64,000 nt of DNA from an uncultured Gemmatimonadales bacterium (GCA_963798845.1 CAWCUS010000004.1:128001-192000); one strand, 5' to 3'. Shown: positions 31,210 to 44,525, counted from the stretch's first letter. Translations and numbers: made by a program. The notes: generated by a model from the sequence alone, not told the origin.

Positions 31210-32400
31210 ATGAACGCACCGGAGTCCGGGGCCGCCGGCGAGCCGATGAGCCCCGCGCAGGAAGACCTGCTCGACAGGTTCGGGGAGGGAAGGCGGGCCG
31301 CCCTGGCCCGCGTCATCTCCATCGTCGAGAATCAGGAGCCCGGCTTCCAGGCTGTCCTGGATGCGCTCCACACCCAGATCCGCGGGAGCCGCCGCATCGG
31401 GATCACCGGGCCGCCCGGGGCGGGGAAGTCGACGCTCACCGCCGAGCTGATCCGGCGCTTCCGGGCGAGGGACCAGACCGTGGGCGTGATCGCGGTGGAT
31501 CCGACCAGCCCGTACACCGGCGGAGCCCTGCTCGGCGACCGCATCCGCATGAACGAGGTCGCGCAGGGCGAGGGCGTGTTCGTCCGCTCCATGGCCACGC
31601 GCGGCGCCCTCGGTGGCCTCGCCGCCGCCACCCGAGAGGCCATGGACGTCCTCGCCGCCTTCGGCTTCGACGTCATCCTGGTGGAGACGGTCGGCGTGGG
31701 ACAGAGCGAGCTCGACATCGCCGCCGCCGCCGACACCACCGTAGTCGTCCTCGTCCCCGAGTCCGGCGACGCCATCCAGACCATGAAGGCCGGGCTCATG
31801 GAAGCGGCCGACCTGTTCGTGGTCAACAAGGCCGACCGCCCCGGCGCCCCCCGCCTGGCGAAGGAAGTGGAGATGATGCTCCACCTTCGCCTCGGCGACG
31901 CCATGAAGAACATGCCCGCGCACCACGGCGTGCAGCTGAACCGCGCTCGCACGGCGAAGGCGAAGATGGAGGCGAGGCAGGCAGAGGGCGGCCGCGCAGG
32001 GTCGACCACGACCGGGCCGGGAAGCGGGCCGGGGGGATCGAGCGCCCGGGATCGCGAAACGGCGGGATCTCGGCCGTCGAGCAAGAGTCCGACGGACACG
32101 GAGCCCTGGGCCATCCCGGTGATGCTGACGACGGCCGAGACCGGCGACGGCGTCCCGGAGCTCCTCGACCGCCTCGACGCGCACTGGAGCTGGCTGGAAG
32201 CCAGCGGCGAGCTCGCCCGGCGACGCCTGGCCCGCCTCACCGAGCGTGTCCGCGATGCCGTCCAGCAGCGCCTCCTGACCCTCGTGTGGCGGGAGTCCGA
32301 TGGCCCCGCCGTCCTCGATGCCGCCCTGGACGACCTCGCCGCCGGCCGCGTCTCGCCCTACGAGGTGGCCGCGCGCGTGGTGGACGCGGCGATCCCCTGA
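31210..32400 (+). CDS. meaB: MeaB/ArgK GTPase chaperone of B12 mutases
   Basis: GITGPPGAGKST, AVDPTSPYTGGALLGDRIRM, ETVGVGQSE, VVNKAD. Confidence 0.95.
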   Translation: MNAPESGAAGEPMSPAQEDLLDRFGEGRRAALARVISIVENQEPGFQAVLDALHTQIRGSRRIGITGPPGAGKSTLTAELIRRFRARDQTVGVIAVDPTSPYTGGALLGDRIRMNEVAQGEGVFVRSMATRGALGGLAAATREAMDVLAAFGFDVILVETVGVGQSELDIAAAADTTVVVLVPESGDAIQTMKAGLMEAADLFVVNKADRPGAPRLAKEVEMMLHLRLGDAMKNMPAHHGVQLNRARTAKAKMEARQAEGGRAGSTTTGPGSGPGGSSARDRETAGSRPSSKSPTDTEPWAIPVMLTTAETGDGVPELLDRLDAHWSWLEASGELARRRLARLTERVRDAVQQRLLTLVWRESDGPAVLDAALDDLAAGRVSPYEVAARVVDAAIP

Positions 32401-32410
32401 CACGCCGTAG

Positions 32411-32603
32411 AGCAACCATGCGTTCGCGGACGGCGACGAGCGCATCGGGCTTGCGTGCGCGGGCGTGTTCCTCCTCCTCGACGGCTTCGACCTTGACGCC
32501 GCCGGGCCGGAGTCGGCGCTGGTGATCCGCGACAATCGCCGCCGAGCCGGGGGAGCCGGAGCTGGCGGGGTCGCTGCGCCACCGGAGTCGCCCGGCCGGG
32601 TAG
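32411..32603 (+). pseudogene. Degenerate C-terminal fragment of a Fic/Doc toxin
   Basis: NHAFADGDERIGLACAGVFLLLDGFDL resembles HPFxDGNKR...VFL.LNG; in-frame stop just upstream, no start, frameshift near 32535. Confidence 0.6.
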
Positions 32604-32818
32604 CCGCACGTCCTCGCCTGTGCAAACTGCGCCCGGGCCGCGCTCGCTGGAGCTTGCGGCCTCCCACGGAGCGGCCGACCTTGCGGCAGGGATGGGCGCG
32701 CCGGGGTTTCGTGTCCCCGGCCTTCCCGGCTCGGATCGTGCGCGCCCCACGCGGGTAGGAACCGCCGTCCGAACGGTCCGAGCCCGCGGAACCCGGAATC
32801 CAGGTCGGAGAGCACGGA

Positions 32819-34545
<1,727 letters not shown>

Positions 34546-34546
<1 letters not shown>

Positions 34547-35226
34547 TGCACGCCCTCCGAGCCGTGCTCCTGGACGCCGGGGGCACGCTCATCCATCCGG
34601 ACCACGAGTTCATCCTCGCCCGCCTGGCGCGGGAAGGGGTGGAGGCGGACGCCGTCGCGTTCGCCGCCGCTCGCAGGCGCGCCCAGACCGTCGTCGGCGA
34701 CATCCTCCGCTCCGACGACGCGGGCACGGACGCCACCCGGGCGCGGACCTGGTTCACCGCGCTGTTCGACGCGCTGGGCCTCCCCGCCGAGCGCTTCGAG
34801 GCCGTGGCCGAGGACATCCGGGCCCGCCACGCGGAGGGCCGTCTCTGGATCCGACCCGTGCCCGGCACGCGCGCCATGCTCGAAGGGCTGAAGGAGGCCG
34901 GGTTGCGCCTCGGCGTGATCTCCAACGCCGACGGTCGCGTGGCCGACTTCCTCGACACGGCCGGCCTCGCTGACCTTTTCGAGCTCGTCCTCGATTCCAC
35001 GGTGGTCGGGATCGAGAAGCCGGACCGCCGCATCTTCCAGATGGCGTGCGACGCCATGGGCGTGGCGCCGGAGGAGACGGTCTACGTCGGCGACACCTAC
35101 GAGGTGGACGTGGTGGGGGCGAGGCAGGCTGGGATCCGCGCGATCCTGCTTGTGGATGAGCCTCGCGACGACGTCGCCTGCATTTCCAGCATCACCGAGC
35201 TCCCTGCCGCCCTCGGAGTCGGGTGA
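34546..35226 (+). CDS. HAD family hydrolase
   Basis: LLDAGGTL, VISNADG, EKPD..IF, YVGDTYEVDV.GA. Confidence 0.9.
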
Positions 35227-36593
35227 TGGACGCGGATCCCGTCAGCACCCTCACTGCCGCCCAGATGGCGTGGCGCCTCGGCGCCGCGCTCCTGCTCGTG
35301 GCGGGCAATGCCTTCTTCGTAGCCGCGGAGTTCGGGCTCGTGGGCGCACGGCGCACGCGCGTCGAGCACATGGCCGCGGAAGGGAGCCGCCGCGCGCGCA
35401 TGGCGGCGCACGTGCTGACGCACCTCGACCACTACATCTCGGCCACGCAGCTCGGCATCACCCTCGCCTCGCTCGGCCTCGGCTGGGTGGGGGAGAGCAC
35501 GCTCGCCGCCGTGCTGATGCAGGCCTTCCAGGGCCTGCCGCCGCCCTTCGACGTGCTCGCCGCGCACACGGCCGCCGGGACCATGGCGTTCCTCCTGATC
35601 ACCGTGATGCACATCGTCCTGGGCGAGCTCGCGCCCAAGTCCGTGGCGCTCCTGTTCCCCGAGACCGTCAGCCTCTGGACCTCGGCGCCGCTCGTCGTGT
35701 TCTCCCGCATCTTCACGCCCTTCATCCACGTTCTGAACGGCTCCGCCAACCTCATTCTCCGCATGATGGGGCTGCGCGCCGCCACCGAGATGGAACGCGT
35801 GCACCGCCCGGAAGAGATCGAGATGATCCTGGACCAGACGTACGAGTCCGGGTACCTGGCGAAGGAGCCGGTGGAGATGATCCGGGGCGTGTTCGACCTC
35901 TCCGAGACATCCGCCGCGGAAGTCATGACGCCGCGCACCGAAGTGGTGGCGGTGCCCGCGGACTTCACGGTCGACCAGGTCGCGGACGTGATGATCGCCG
36001 AAGGCCACTCGCGCCTCCCCGTCTACGAGGAGAACCTGGACCACGTCGTGGGCCTCGTGCTCGCCCGCGAGGTCTGGCGCGCGCAGAGGGAGGGGATCGT
36101 CGATCTCCACGAAATGACCAGACCCGCACGCTTCATCCCCGAGAGCAAGTCGGTGGAGGACCTTTTGCGGGACATGCAGCGGGAGCGGATCCACATCGCC
36201 ATCGTCGTGGACGAGTTCGGCGGCACGGCCGGCATCGTCACCATCGAGGATCTCCTCGAGGAGATCGTCGGCGAGATCCGCGATGAGCACGAGGAGGAGC
36301 AGGACGAGATCCTGGAGACGGCGGAGGGCGCCGCGCTCCTCGCCGGCTCCGTCACCGTCGCCGAGGTGAACGAGCGCTTCGACATCCAGCTCCCGGAGGA
36401 CGACTACACCACCGTGGCCGGGTACGTCATGAGCCGGCTGGGCCGGATCGCCCGTCCCGGCGACGATGTCCCGTTCGACCAGGGCCGACTCCGCGTCCTG
36501 GCCATGGACGGCCGGCGCATCCTGCGCATCGCCCTGCTCCGGGAGCTGCGCGCGCCGCTCGACTCGCCCGGCCCGGAAACCGGCTCCGACTGA
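35226..36593 (+). CDS. Hemolysin-family/CNNM (DUF21-CBS-CorC) protein
   Basis: NAFFVAAEF, TQLGITLASL.LG, GELAPK, HSRLPVY, VDEFGG..GIVTIEDLLEEIVGEI. Confidence 0.93.
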   Translation: MDADPVSTLTAAQMAWRLGAALLLVAGNAFFVAAEFGLVGARRTRVEHMAAEGSRRARMAAHVLTHLDHYISATQLGITLASLGLGWVGESTLAAVLMQAFQGLPPPFDVLAAHTAAGTMAFLLITVMHIVLGELAPKSVALLFPETVSLWTSAPLVVFSRIFTPFIHVLNGSANLILRMMGLRAATEMERVHRPEEIEMILDQTYESGYLAKEPVEMIRGVFDLSETSAAEVMTPRTEVVAVPADFTVDQVADVMIAEGHSRLPVYEENLDHVVGLVLAREVWRAQREGIVDLHEMTRPARFIPESKSVEDLLRDMQRERIHIAIVVDEFGGTAGIVTIEDLLEEIVGEIRDEHEEEQDEILETAEGAALLAGSVTVAEVNERFDIQLPEDDYTTVAGYVMSRLGRIARPGDDVPFDQGRLRVLAMDGRRILRIALLRELRAPLDSPGPETGSD

Positions 36594-36598
36594 CCCGC

Positions 36599-37462
36599 AT
36601 GCCACCGGACGGCGAGGACCTCGGCGCGCCGCGCGAGCCCGGCCGGAGCCGCGACGATTCCGCCCGCGGCCGCCGCGCCGCCGGTGCCGCCCGCCGCGGC
36701 GACCTCTTCGTTGACGACTATGCCCGCGTCCTCGCCCCTTTCCACACCGAGACCGACACGCGCACCGAGGTGGCCTCGCTGCGGGAGATGCTCGGCCTCG
36801 CTCAGGACGAGCGCGTCCTCGACCTCGCCTGCGGCTGGGGCCGCCACCTGGCCCTCCTGCGCCATGCCGGCCACCGCGTGACAGGCGTCGACCTCTCCGA
36901 GCCTCTCCTCCGCCGCGCTGCCGCCCTGATGCTCGCCGGGCACGACGACGATACGGAGCACGAGCCGGAGCGCGGGCGCGACTCGCCGCTCTGCTGCGCC
37001 ACCATGCTCGCTCTTCCGTTCGCCGCCGGGACGTTCGACGTGGTCCTCAACCTCGCCACCAGCCTGGGCCTCTTCCTGGACGACCGCCCGGCGAGGCGCG
37101 CGCTCGCGGAAGCCGGCCGCGTGCTGCGGCCGGGAGGGCGGCTGCTCCTGGAAGGCATGCACCGGGAGGAGGTGGAGCCCGGATTCGCGGCGCGGGACCG
37201 CTGGGTGCTCGAAGACGGGACCGTGGTGCGGGCCCGGCGTCGCCTGGATCGCGCGCTCGGGATCAGCCACGAGGTGCTGCGCTGGGAGGGCCCCGCGGGC
37301 GGGGGCGCGCTCCGGCATTCGCTGCGGCTGCGAACGGGCGCGGAGACGGCGGCCCTGGTCGAGTCGGCAGGGCTCGAGGTGGTGGAAGCGTGGGGCGATT
37401 GGGCGGGCGAGCCGTTCACACCGGCGTCGGAACGGCTCATCCTCCTCGCGCGGCGCCGCTGA
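36599..37462 (+). CDS. Class I SAM-dependent methyltransferase
   Basis: [30 protein letters not shown]; start uncertain. Confidence 0.85.
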   Translation: MPPDGEDLGAPREPGRSRDDSARGRRAAGAARRGDLFVDDYARVLAPFHTETDTRTEVASLREMLGLAQDERVLDLACGWGRHLALLRHAGHRVTGVDLSEPLLRRAAALMLAGHDDDTEHEPERGRDSPLCCATMLALPFAAGTFDVVLNLATSLGLFLDDRPARRALAEAGRVLRPGGRLLLEGMHREEVEPGFAARDRWVLEDGTVVRARRRLDRALGISHEVLRWEGPAGGGALRHSLRLRTGAETAALVESAGLEVVEAWGDWAGEPFTPASERLILLARRR

Positions 37463-37536
37463 CCGCGACGTTGCCCGCGCGTTCCGCACACCTATACTTT
37501 CCGGCAGCCACTCAGGGAAGCACGGAGGTGGGGACG

Positions 37537-37953
37537 ATGGTGGAACGGAAGATCCGGGTGCTCGTGGCGAAGCCGGGGCTGGACGGCCACGACCGGGGCG
37601 CCAAGGTGATGGCCAGCGCCATGAGGGACGCCGGCTTCGAGGTGATCTACACGGGGCTGCATCAAACGCCCGAGATGATCGTGAGCGCGGCGGTGCAGGA
37701 GGACGTGGACGTGGTTGCGCTCAGCATCCTGTCGGGGGCCCACATGACCCTCTTCCCCCGCGTGCTGGAGCTGCTGCGTGACGAGGGCGCGGACCGCGTC
37801 CTGCTCACGGGCGGCGGCATCATCCCCGAGGAGGATATGGCGGCGCTCCGGGACATGGGCGTCGGGCGCCTCTTCGGGCCGGGCACGCCCACGGTCGAGC
37901 CCATCGACTACATCCGCGAGTGGTTCGCGGAGCAGCACGCCGGCCAGGCGTAG
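37537..37953 (+). CDS. Cobalamin-binding small subunit of acyl-CoA mutase
   Basis: [10 protein letters not shown] (DxHxxG), SILSGAH, GGGIIP; RBS GGAGG. Confidence 0.95.
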   Translation: MVERKIRVLVAKPGLDGHDRGAKVMASAMRDAGFEVIYTGLHQTPEMIVSAAVQEDVDVVALSILSGAHMTLFPRVLELLRDEGADRVLLTGGGIIPEEDMAALRDMGVGRLFGPGTPTVEPIDYIREWFAEQHAGQA

Positions 37954-37957
37954 GAAG

Positions 37958-39574
37958 GTGGCGGAGCGGGTCGTGTCGCGGCTGCGCCGCCTGACGTCGG
38001 AGCTGGACGAGCTCGAGGCGAGTCTCCGGCAGGGCGGGGGCGAGGCCCGCATCCGGCGCCAGCACGAGGCGGGGAAGCTGACGGCGAGGGAGCGCATCTC
38101 ACTGCTCATCGACCCGCGCACCCCCTTCCACGAGGTGGGGCTGCTCGTGGCGCACGACCGCTACGACGGGCAGGCCCCCGCCGCCGGCGTGGTCACCGGG
38201 CTCGGCGCCGTGCACGGCCGTCCGGTGGTCATCATCGCCAATGACGCCACGGTGAAGGCCGGCTCCTGGTGGCCCGAGACCATCACGAAGATGCTGCGCG
38301 CGCAGGAGATCGCCATGCGCTGCCGCATCCCGATCCTCTATCTCGTGGACAGCGCCGGGGTCAACCTCCCCTACCAGGGCGGCGTCTTCCCGGGCCAGTA
38401 TGGCGCGGCCCGCCTCTTCTACTACAACTCCATCATGCGGCATTATCTGAAGGTGCCGCAGATTGCAGCCGTCATGGGCCCGTGCATCGCCGGTGGCGCG
38501 TACCTGCCGGCCCTGTCGGATGTCATCCTGATGGTGGAAGGGACCAGCTTCATGGGGCTGGGCGGGCCCAACCTGGTGAAGGGGGCCACGGGCGCCACCG
38601 TCGAGGCGGAGGAGCTGGGCGGGGCGTGGACGCACAACGCGCTGAGCGGCGTCGCGCACTACCGCGCGGCCGACGACCGCGCCTGCCTGGACCGCATCCG
38701 CCAGCTGGTGGAGGAGTTGCCGTACGACGCCCCGCGCGCCGCAATCGGTGAGCCGGAGCCCGCCGCGGATCCGGCGGCTTCCCTGTACGACGTCCTGCCC
38801 GACGACCACCGACAGATGTACGACATGGAAGGGGTGCTGCGCGCGCTCCTGGACGGCGGCGAATACGACGAGTTCCAGGCGGACCGCGCCCCGGAGATGC
38901 TGTGTGCCACGGCCCGACTGGATGGCGTGGCCGTGGGCATCCTGGCGAACCGGCGGGGCATGATCGAGAACGTGAAGGGCGGCGCTCCGAAGTTCGGCGG
39001 GATCATATACACGGACAGTGCGGAGAAGGCGTCGTTCTTCATCGACACCATGAGCCGGCACGGCACGCCGATCCTGTTCGTGCAGGACGTGAGCGGCTTC
39101 ATGGTGGGCATCGAGGCCGAGCAGTCCGGCATCATCCGCGCGGGTGCCCGTTTCGTCGAGGCCATGGCCACGGCGGTGGTGCCGAAGCTGGTGCTCACCC
39201 TCAACCACGCGTCGGGCGCCGGCTACTACGCCATGGCGGGCCAGGGCTTCGACCCCGACTTCATCTTCACGCTCCCCACGGGCCGCATGGGCGTCATGGA
39301 GGGGGAGAGCGCGATCGTGGCCCTGTTCGGGCCGCAGCTCGACGAGCTGAAGAAGGCGAAGCGGCAGCCCGACGCGGCCCTCCAGGCGAAGCTCGATGCC
39401 GTCCGCGCCGACTACGAGCGCCAGCTCGACGCCCGGTACGCGGCCGCCCGTGGTTTCGTCGACGCCGTCCTGCGACCGGAACAGATCCGCCCGACGCTGG
39501 CGTTCGCCCTCCGTGCGGCACTGCACAACCCGGGGCCCCATATCGGCCCGTTCGGCGCCCTGAACGGCGCATGA
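37958..39574 (+). CDS. Acyl-CoA carboxylase carboxyltransferase (beta) subunit
   Basis: [47 protein letters not shown]. Confidence 0.92.
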   Translation: MAERVVSRLRRLTSELDELEASLRQGGGEARIRRQHEAGKLTARERISLLIDPRTPFHEVGLLVAHDRYDGQAPAAGVVTGLGAVHGRPVVIIANDATVKAGSWWPETITKMLRAQEIAMRCRIPILYLVDSAGVNLPYQGGVFPGQYGAARLFYYNSIMRHYLKVPQIAAVMGPCIAGGAYLPALSDVILMVEGTSFMGLGGPNLVKGATGATVEAEELGGAWTHNALSGVAHYRAADDRACLDRIRQLVEELPYDAPRAAIGEPEPAADPAASLYDVLPDDHRQMYDMEGVLRALLDGGEYDEFQADRAPEMLCATARLDGVAVGILANRRGMIENVKGGAPKFGGIIYTDSAEKASFFIDTMSRHGTPILFVQDVSGFMVGIEAEQSGIIRAGARFVEAMATAVVPKLVLTLNHASGAGYYAMAGQGFDPDFIFTLPTGRMGVMEGESAIVALFGPQLDELKKAKRQPDAALQAKLDAVRADYERQLDARYAAARGFVDAVLRPEQIRPTLAFALRAALHNPGPHIGPFGALNGA

Positions 39575-40953
39575 GCGGCGCCGCCCCCCCGGGAGTCCCC
39601 GGCAGCGCAGGGCGGACGCGGCACACCCTGGTGCGCCGCCTGGTCCTGCCGTTCCAGGAGTTCTTCCAGGCCGAGTCCGCCAGCGGGATCGTGCTCCTCG
39701 GGTGCGCGGCGCTCGCGCTCCTGTGGGCCAACTCGCCATGGGCACCGTCGTACTTCCACCTCTGGGAGACCCGCGTGGTGGTGGGCGGCGGTCCGGTCCG
39801 GCTGGACCACTCGCTCCATCACTGGATCAACGACGGCCTCATGGCCGTGTTCTTCTTCATGGTGGGGCTCGAGATCAAGCGCGAGGTGCTGGTCGGAGAG
39901 CTGGCATCCCCCCGGAAGGCCGCGCTCCCAATCGCCGCCGCCATCGGGGGCATGGTGGTGCCGGCCCTGATCTTCACGGCGCTGAACGCCGGCACGCCCG
40001 AGCTGCGCGGATGGGGCGTGCCCATGGCCACCGACATCGCCTTCGCCCTCGGAGTGCTGGCCCTGCTCGGAGATCGCGTGCCGCCGGCGCTCCGCATCTT
40101 CCTCGCCGCGCTCGCCATCGTGGACGACCTCGGCGCCGTCCTGGTGATCGCGCTCTTCTACTCCCACGGCATCGACTGGGCCGCCCTCTCCTACGCCCTC
40201 ATGACCTTCGTCGTGCTGGTGGGCATGAACCGCGGCGGCATCCGTCGCCCCGCCGCCTACGGCTTGCTCGGGCTGCTGCTCTGGTACTTCTTCCTCCGCT
40301 CCGGCGTCCACGCCACCATCGCCGGCGTGCTCCTCGCGACGACGATCCCCGCACACACGCGCATCAACGTCCCCCAGTTCGTCGCCAGCGCCCGGGACTA
40401 CCTGCGGGAGTTCGAGGCGGATGGCATTCGAGCCGACCCGGCGCACTCGCTGACCGAGCGCCAGGAGGCTGCGCTCGAACGGCTGGAGGACGCAGCCGAG
40501 GGAGTCCAGTCCCCGCTGATCAGCATCGAACACGCGCTCGTGCCGTGGGTGGCGTTCGGCATCATGCCCCTCTTCGCCCTCGCCAACGCCGGTGTCGCGC
40601 TCCAGTCCGAGGTCGTCCGCGGTGTCACCAGCCCCGTGGTGGCCGGCGTCGCGCTCGGGCTGCTGATCGGCAAGCCGATCGGCATCGGCGCGCTGACCTG
40701 GCTCGCCGTCCGGCTCGGCATGGCCGGGCTCCCCGAGGGCGTGGCCGGACGACACATCGCCGGCGTGGGCCTGCTCGCCGGGATCGGCTTCACCATGTCG
40801 CTGTTCATAGCCGATCTCGCTTTCGAAGCCGCGACCCTCGAGCGCGTCAAGGTGGGCATCCTGGGCGCATCGCTGCTTGCCGGGGTCGTGGGGTATTTCT
40901 TGCTGCGAGCCATGCCACCGGCTCCGGCGGAAGCGGAAAGGGCCGTGGCATGA
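39571..40953 (+). CDS. nhaA: Na+/H+ antiporter NhaA
   Basis: [49 protein letters not shown]. Confidence 0.96.
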   Translation: MSGAAPPGVPGSAGRTRHTLVRRLVLPFQEFFQAESASGIVLLGCAALALLWANSPWAPSYFHLWETRVVVGGGPVRLDHSLHHWINDGLMAVFFFMVGLEIKREVLVGELASPRKAALPIAAAIGGMVVPALIFTALNAGTPELRGWGVPMATDIAFALGVLALLGDRVPPALRIFLAALAIVDDLGAVLVIALFYSHGIDWAALSYALMTFVVLVGMNRGGIRRPAAYGLLGLLLWYFFLRSGVHATIAGVLLATTIPAHTRINVPQFVASARDYLREFEADGIRADPAHSLTERQEAALERLEDAAEGVQSPLISIEHALVPWVAFGIMPLFALANAGVALQSEVVRGVTSPVVAGVALGLLIGKPIGIGALTWLAVRLGMAGLPEGVAGRHIAGVGLLAGIGFTMSLFIADLAFEAATLERVKVGILGASLLAGVVGYFLLRAMPPAPAEAERAVA

Positions 40954-42338
40954 CGAGCGACGAGAAGCGGGTGCGGATCGCCAGCGGGCAGGGCTTCTGG
41001 GGCGACCGCCTCGATGCGCCCACCGAGCAGGTGCACAACGGGCCCATCGACTACCTGATGCTGGACTACCTCGCCGAGGTCACCATGTCCATCCTCCAGA
41101 AGCAGAAGTCCCGCGACCCCTCCCAGGGGTACGCCCGGGACTTCGTTCCGCTCATGGAGGAGCTCTTCCCCGACGTCCTCGCCAGGGATGTGCGCGTGGT
41201 GACGAACGCCGGCGGCGTCAACCTGGAAGCGTGCCGGGACGCGCTCCTGGAAGCCGCCCGGCGCACGGCGGGGAAGGGCAGCCGGCGGGCGAAGGTCGGC
41301 GTCGTCATCGGCGACGACCTCCTGGATCGCCTCGATCGGCTCATCGACGAGGGCCACGAGCTCCGCCACATGGAGACCGGCAGGCCGCTCACGGATGTCC
41401 GCGACCGCGTCGCCGCCGCCAACGTGTACATTGGCGCTGCGCCCATCGTCCGGGCGCTCGAGCGCGGGGCGACGGTCGTGGTGACCGGCCGATCGACCGA
41501 TACGGCGCTGACCTACGGACCCATGATGCACGAGTTCGGGTGGGCGCCCGACCAGTGGGACCGCCTGGCCGCCGGCGTGGTGGCGGGGCACATCAACGAG
41601 TGCGGCGCCCAGGCCAGCGGCGGCAACTGCCTCGTCGACTGGGAGCGCGTGCCGGACCTCGCCGGCATAGGCTATCCCATCATCGAAGCGTACGCGGATG
41701 GCAGCTTCGTGGTCACCAAGCACGAGCACACGGGCGGGCGGATCACCGCGGCCGTCGTGAAGGAGCAGCTGCTCTACGAGATGGGCGATCCCCGCGAGTA
41801 CATCACGCCCGACGTGGTCGCCGACTTCACCACCATCCGTCTCGAGGAGGAGGCCGAGAACCGGGTGCGCGTCCGCGGCGTGAAGGGGCGCCCGAAGACG
41901 GACAAGCTGAAGGTCTCCATAGCGTACCAGGGCGGCTGGAAGGCCGTCGGCACGCTCGTATACGCCTGGCCCGACGCGATCAGGAAGGCCCGCGCGGCCG
42001 ATCGCGTCCTGCGCCAGCGCATGGAGCGCCTCGGGCTCGCCTTCGACGAGATCCTCACGGAGTTCGTCGGCTGGAACGCAACCCACGGCCACCTCGCCGG
42101 ACCCCCGCCCGACGACCTCCCCGAAGTCCAGCTCCGGATCGCCGTCCGAAGCGACAGGCGGGAGCCCGTGGAGCGCTTCACCCGCGAGATCGCCCCCCTC
42201 ATCCTCTCCGGACCGCCGTCCGTCACCGGCTTCGCCGGCGGCCGACCCAGGGTGCAGGAGATCATGGCGTTCTGGCCTGCGCTCATCGACCGGACGGAGA
42301 TCGAGGCGGGACTCCGCGTCGAGGTCACGGAAGCGTAG
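40950..42338 (+). CDS. Acyclic terpene utilization AtuA family protein (N-terminal DUF1446 part)
   Basis: [47 protein letters not shown]. Confidence 0.9.
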   Translation: MTSDEKRVRIASGQGFWGDRLDAPTEQVHNGPIDYLMLDYLAEVTMSILQKQKSRDPSQGYARDFVPLMEELFPDVLARDVRVVTNAGGVNLEACRDALLEAARRTAGKGSRRAKVGVVIGDDLLDRLDRLIDEGHELRHMETGRPLTDVRDRVAAANVYIGAAPIVRALERGATVVVTGRSTDTALTYGPMMHEFGWAPDQWDRLAAGVVAGHINECGAQASGGNCLVDWERVPDLAGIGYPIIEAYADGSFVVTKHEHTGGRITAAVVKEQLLYEMGDPREYITPDVVADFTTIRLEEEAENRVRVRGVKGRPKTDKLKVSIAYQGGWKAVGTLVYAWPDAIRKARAADRVLRQRMERLGLAFDEILTEFVGWNATHGHLAGPPPDDLPEVQLRIAVRSDRREPVERFTREIAPLILSGPPSVTGFAGGRPRVQEIMAFWPALIDRTEIEAGLRVEVTEA

Positions 42339-42471
42339 CGGCGCGGCCGCAGGCCGCCGCCGCTCGAAAGCGAGGGAGCGCAGCGAACGACCGTTCGATG
42401 GCGAGCGCCGACGGCGCGAGCATTCGTCTCGCCCGGCGGAGAGGCGAACGATCCGACAACCACACGTGAAG

Positions 42472-42804
42472 ATGCCAAAGATCCAGCTCAGACACCTCGC
42501 CCACGCCCGCTCCGGCGACAAGGGCGACACCGTCAACGTGGGGGTGATCGCCTACGATCCCGCCCACTACGACCTCCTGGTGGAACACCTTACGCCCGAG
42601 CGCGTCAAAGAGCACTTCGGCGAGATGGTCCGGGGCAGGGTGGAGCGCTTCGAGCTGCCGAACCTGGGCGCCCTCAACTTCCTCCTCCACAACGCCCTGG
42701 GCGGTGGCGGGACCGTGTCGCTCATGACCGACGCCCAGGGCAAGACCTTCTCCACCGCCATGCTGCGCCTGGAGCTCGACCTCCCGCACGGGATCGGTGG
42801 CTGA
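42472..42804 (+). CDS. AtuA-related small protein (C-terminal ferredoxin-like part)
   Basis: AHARSGDKGD..NVGV, VERFELPNL.ALNF, LGGGG..SL..D.QGK. Confidence 0.88.
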   Translation: MPKIQLRHLAHARSGDKGDTVNVGVIAYDPAHYDLLVEHLTPERVKEHFGEMVRGRVERFELPNLGALNFLLHNALGGGGTVSLMTDAQGKTFSTAMLRLELDLPHGIGG

Positions 42805-43601
42805 TGGACGGCCGGACGGCTGGCACCGGTCCGCCCCCCCTCGTCGGCACGCTCCGGGACGGAAGCGTCCTTACCCTCACGCTAGAGCGGGCGGAGAAGC
42901 GGAATGCCCTCGACGGTGCTCTCGTCGGCGCGCTCCGGGAGGCGATCGCCAGTTCCGCCCGCGATCCCGACACGCGCGTGGTCGTGCTGCGCGGTGCGGG
43001 TACCGATTTCTGCGCGGGCGCCGACCTCGCGGCCATGGAGCAGATGGCCGAGAACGCGGACCCGGCGGCGAACCTCGCGGATGCGGAGGAGCTCGGCGCG
43101 CTCCTCGTCGCCATGCGACGCCACCCCCGGCCGATCGTCGCGGCGGTCCACGGCCACGCGCTCGCCGGCGGCGCCGGTCTCGCCACCGCCTGCGACCTCG
43201 TCCTGGCCCGCGACGACGCCGTCTTCGGCTACCCCGAGGTCCACCTCGGATTCGTCCCTGCCATGGTCATGGCGCTTCTCCGGAGGGCGGTCGGCGAGAA
43301 GATCGCCTTCGAGCTCGTGGCGCGTGGCGACAAGATCTCCGCCGCGGAGGCCGCACGCCTCGGGCTCGTCAACCGCGTGATCCCCGCCTCCACCTGGGAC
43401 AGGGACGTCGCGACGTACGCCGCCGAGCTCGCCGAGCGGTCAGCTTCCGCCGTCGGCCTGATCAAGCGGCTGCTCTACGGCATCGACGGTCTCAGCTTCG
43501 AGGAGGCGATCGCCCGCGGCGCGGAGGTCAACGTGCTGGCGCGGCTCAGTCCGGACACCCGCGCCGGCCTCCGTCGCTTCCTCGATGCCAGGAAGGGGTG
43601 A
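42804..43601 (+). CDS. Enoyl-CoA hydratase/isomerase (methylglutaconyl-CoA hydratase-like)
   Basis: KRNAL, FCAGADL, VHGHALAGGAGL..ACD, PEV.LG. Confidence 0.9.
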   Translation: MDGRTAGTGPPPLVGTLRDGSVLTLTLERAEKRNALDGALVGALREAIASSARDPDTRVVVLRGAGTDFCAGADLAAMEQMAENADPAANLADAEELGALLVAMRRHPRPIVAAVHGHALAGGAGLATACDLVLARDDAVFGYPEVHLGFVPAMVMALLRRAVGEKIAFELVARGDKISAAEAARLGLVNRVIPASTWDRDVATYAAELAERSASAVGLIKRLLYGIDGLSFEEAIARGAEVNVLARLSPDTRAGLRRFLDARKG

Positions 43602-43792
43602 TGAGCTTCTTCTTCCGGCGTGGCTCCGAGCGGCGTGGGCGCTGGCTCACCGCGAAGCTCTGGCTCTTCGCCATCGGCGCCGCCGTCGCCGTAGCGGGGA
43701 TGTCGCTGGACGACGCCCGGGTCATTGGCGCCGCCATCGCCATTCTCGCCATCGGCTTGCTCCTCCGATTCTTCCCCCATCCCGACAGATGA
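43601..43792 (+). CDS. Small two-TM membrane protein
   Basis: Start/stop overlaps with both neighbours; two hydrophobic segments. Confidence 0.6.
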   Translation: MSFFFRRGSERRGRWLTAKLWLFAIGAAVAVAGMSLDDARVIGAAIAILAIGLLLRFFPHPDR

Positions 43793-44394
43793 CCGTGCCA
43801 GATCCGCGCGAGACGCCCGCGGGCCACGCCCCGCCTGCGCCAGTGCCCGTGAACTCCGCATCCGGGGAAGCCCGCCTCTTCCAGGCCCTCGCCTTCGCCG
43901 CCGACAAGCACCGCGACCAGCGCCGCAAGGGTCGGGAGGCTTCCCCCTACATCAACCACCCCATCGCCGTGGCCGGCATTCTCGCCGCCCACGGCATCAC
44001 CGACACCACCACCCTCCAGGCCGCCGTCCTCCACGACACGCTCGAGGACACCGAGACCACACCCCGCGAGCTCGCGCGCACCTTCGGCGCCGCCGTCCGC
44101 GACCTCGTCCTCGAGGTCACCGACGAGAAGGCACTCCCCAGGGGCGAGCGCAAGGAGCGCCAGGTGCGCGGCGCCCCGGACCTCTCAGACCCCGCCAAGC
44201 TCATCCGCATTGCCGACAAGATCGCCAACGTTCGCGATGTGACCCACCGCCCCCCCGACTGGCCACTCGAGCGCCGCCTCGAATACCTCGACTGGACCGA
44301 GCGCGTCGTCGCCGGCTGCCGCGGCGTCAACTCCACGCTCGACGCACTGTACGACCACGCACTCACCGAAGGCCGGCGCACCCTCTCCCGCTGA
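43789..44394 (+). CDS. HD-domain small alarmone hydrolase (Mesh1/SpoT-HD-like)
   Basis: H..QRRKG, PYINHP..VA, AAVLHDTLEDT, V.EVTD, ADKIAN. Confidence 0.88.
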   Translation: MTVPDPRETPAGHAPPAPVPVNSASGEARLFQALAFAADKHRDQRRKGREASPYINHPIAVAGILAAHGITDTTTLQAAVLHDTLEDTETTPRELARTFGAAVRDLVLEVTDEKALPRGERKERQVRGAPDLSDPAKLIRIADKIANVRDVTHRPPDWPLERRLEYLDWTERVVAGCRGVNSTLDALYDHALTEGRRTLSR

Positions 44395-44491
44395 CTTCCT
44401 GCCGGCCCGCTGGCCGGCCCCCGTGGGCCGCCCGCGTGGGGGGCTTCAACCGGACACCAGCCCCCTGTCACGGGCGGAGCAGGGCCCAGGG

Positions 44492-44520
44492 TTGACAAAG
44501 ATCATATCTTTGTCCAGAAT
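44492..44520 (+). promoter_or_regulatory. sigma70-type promoter with embedded palindromic operator
   Basis: TTGACA, 17 bp, CAGAAT; perfect inverted repeat GACAAAGAT-cat-ATCTTTGTC (44494-44514); ATG 5 nt after the -10. Confidence 0.8.
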
Positions 44521-44525
44521 AGCGC

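Noticed and set aside
32604..32818. Cobalamin riboswitch upstream of the B12 mutase
   Set aside because: GC-rich stems are present but I could not find the conserved B12-box/core motifs
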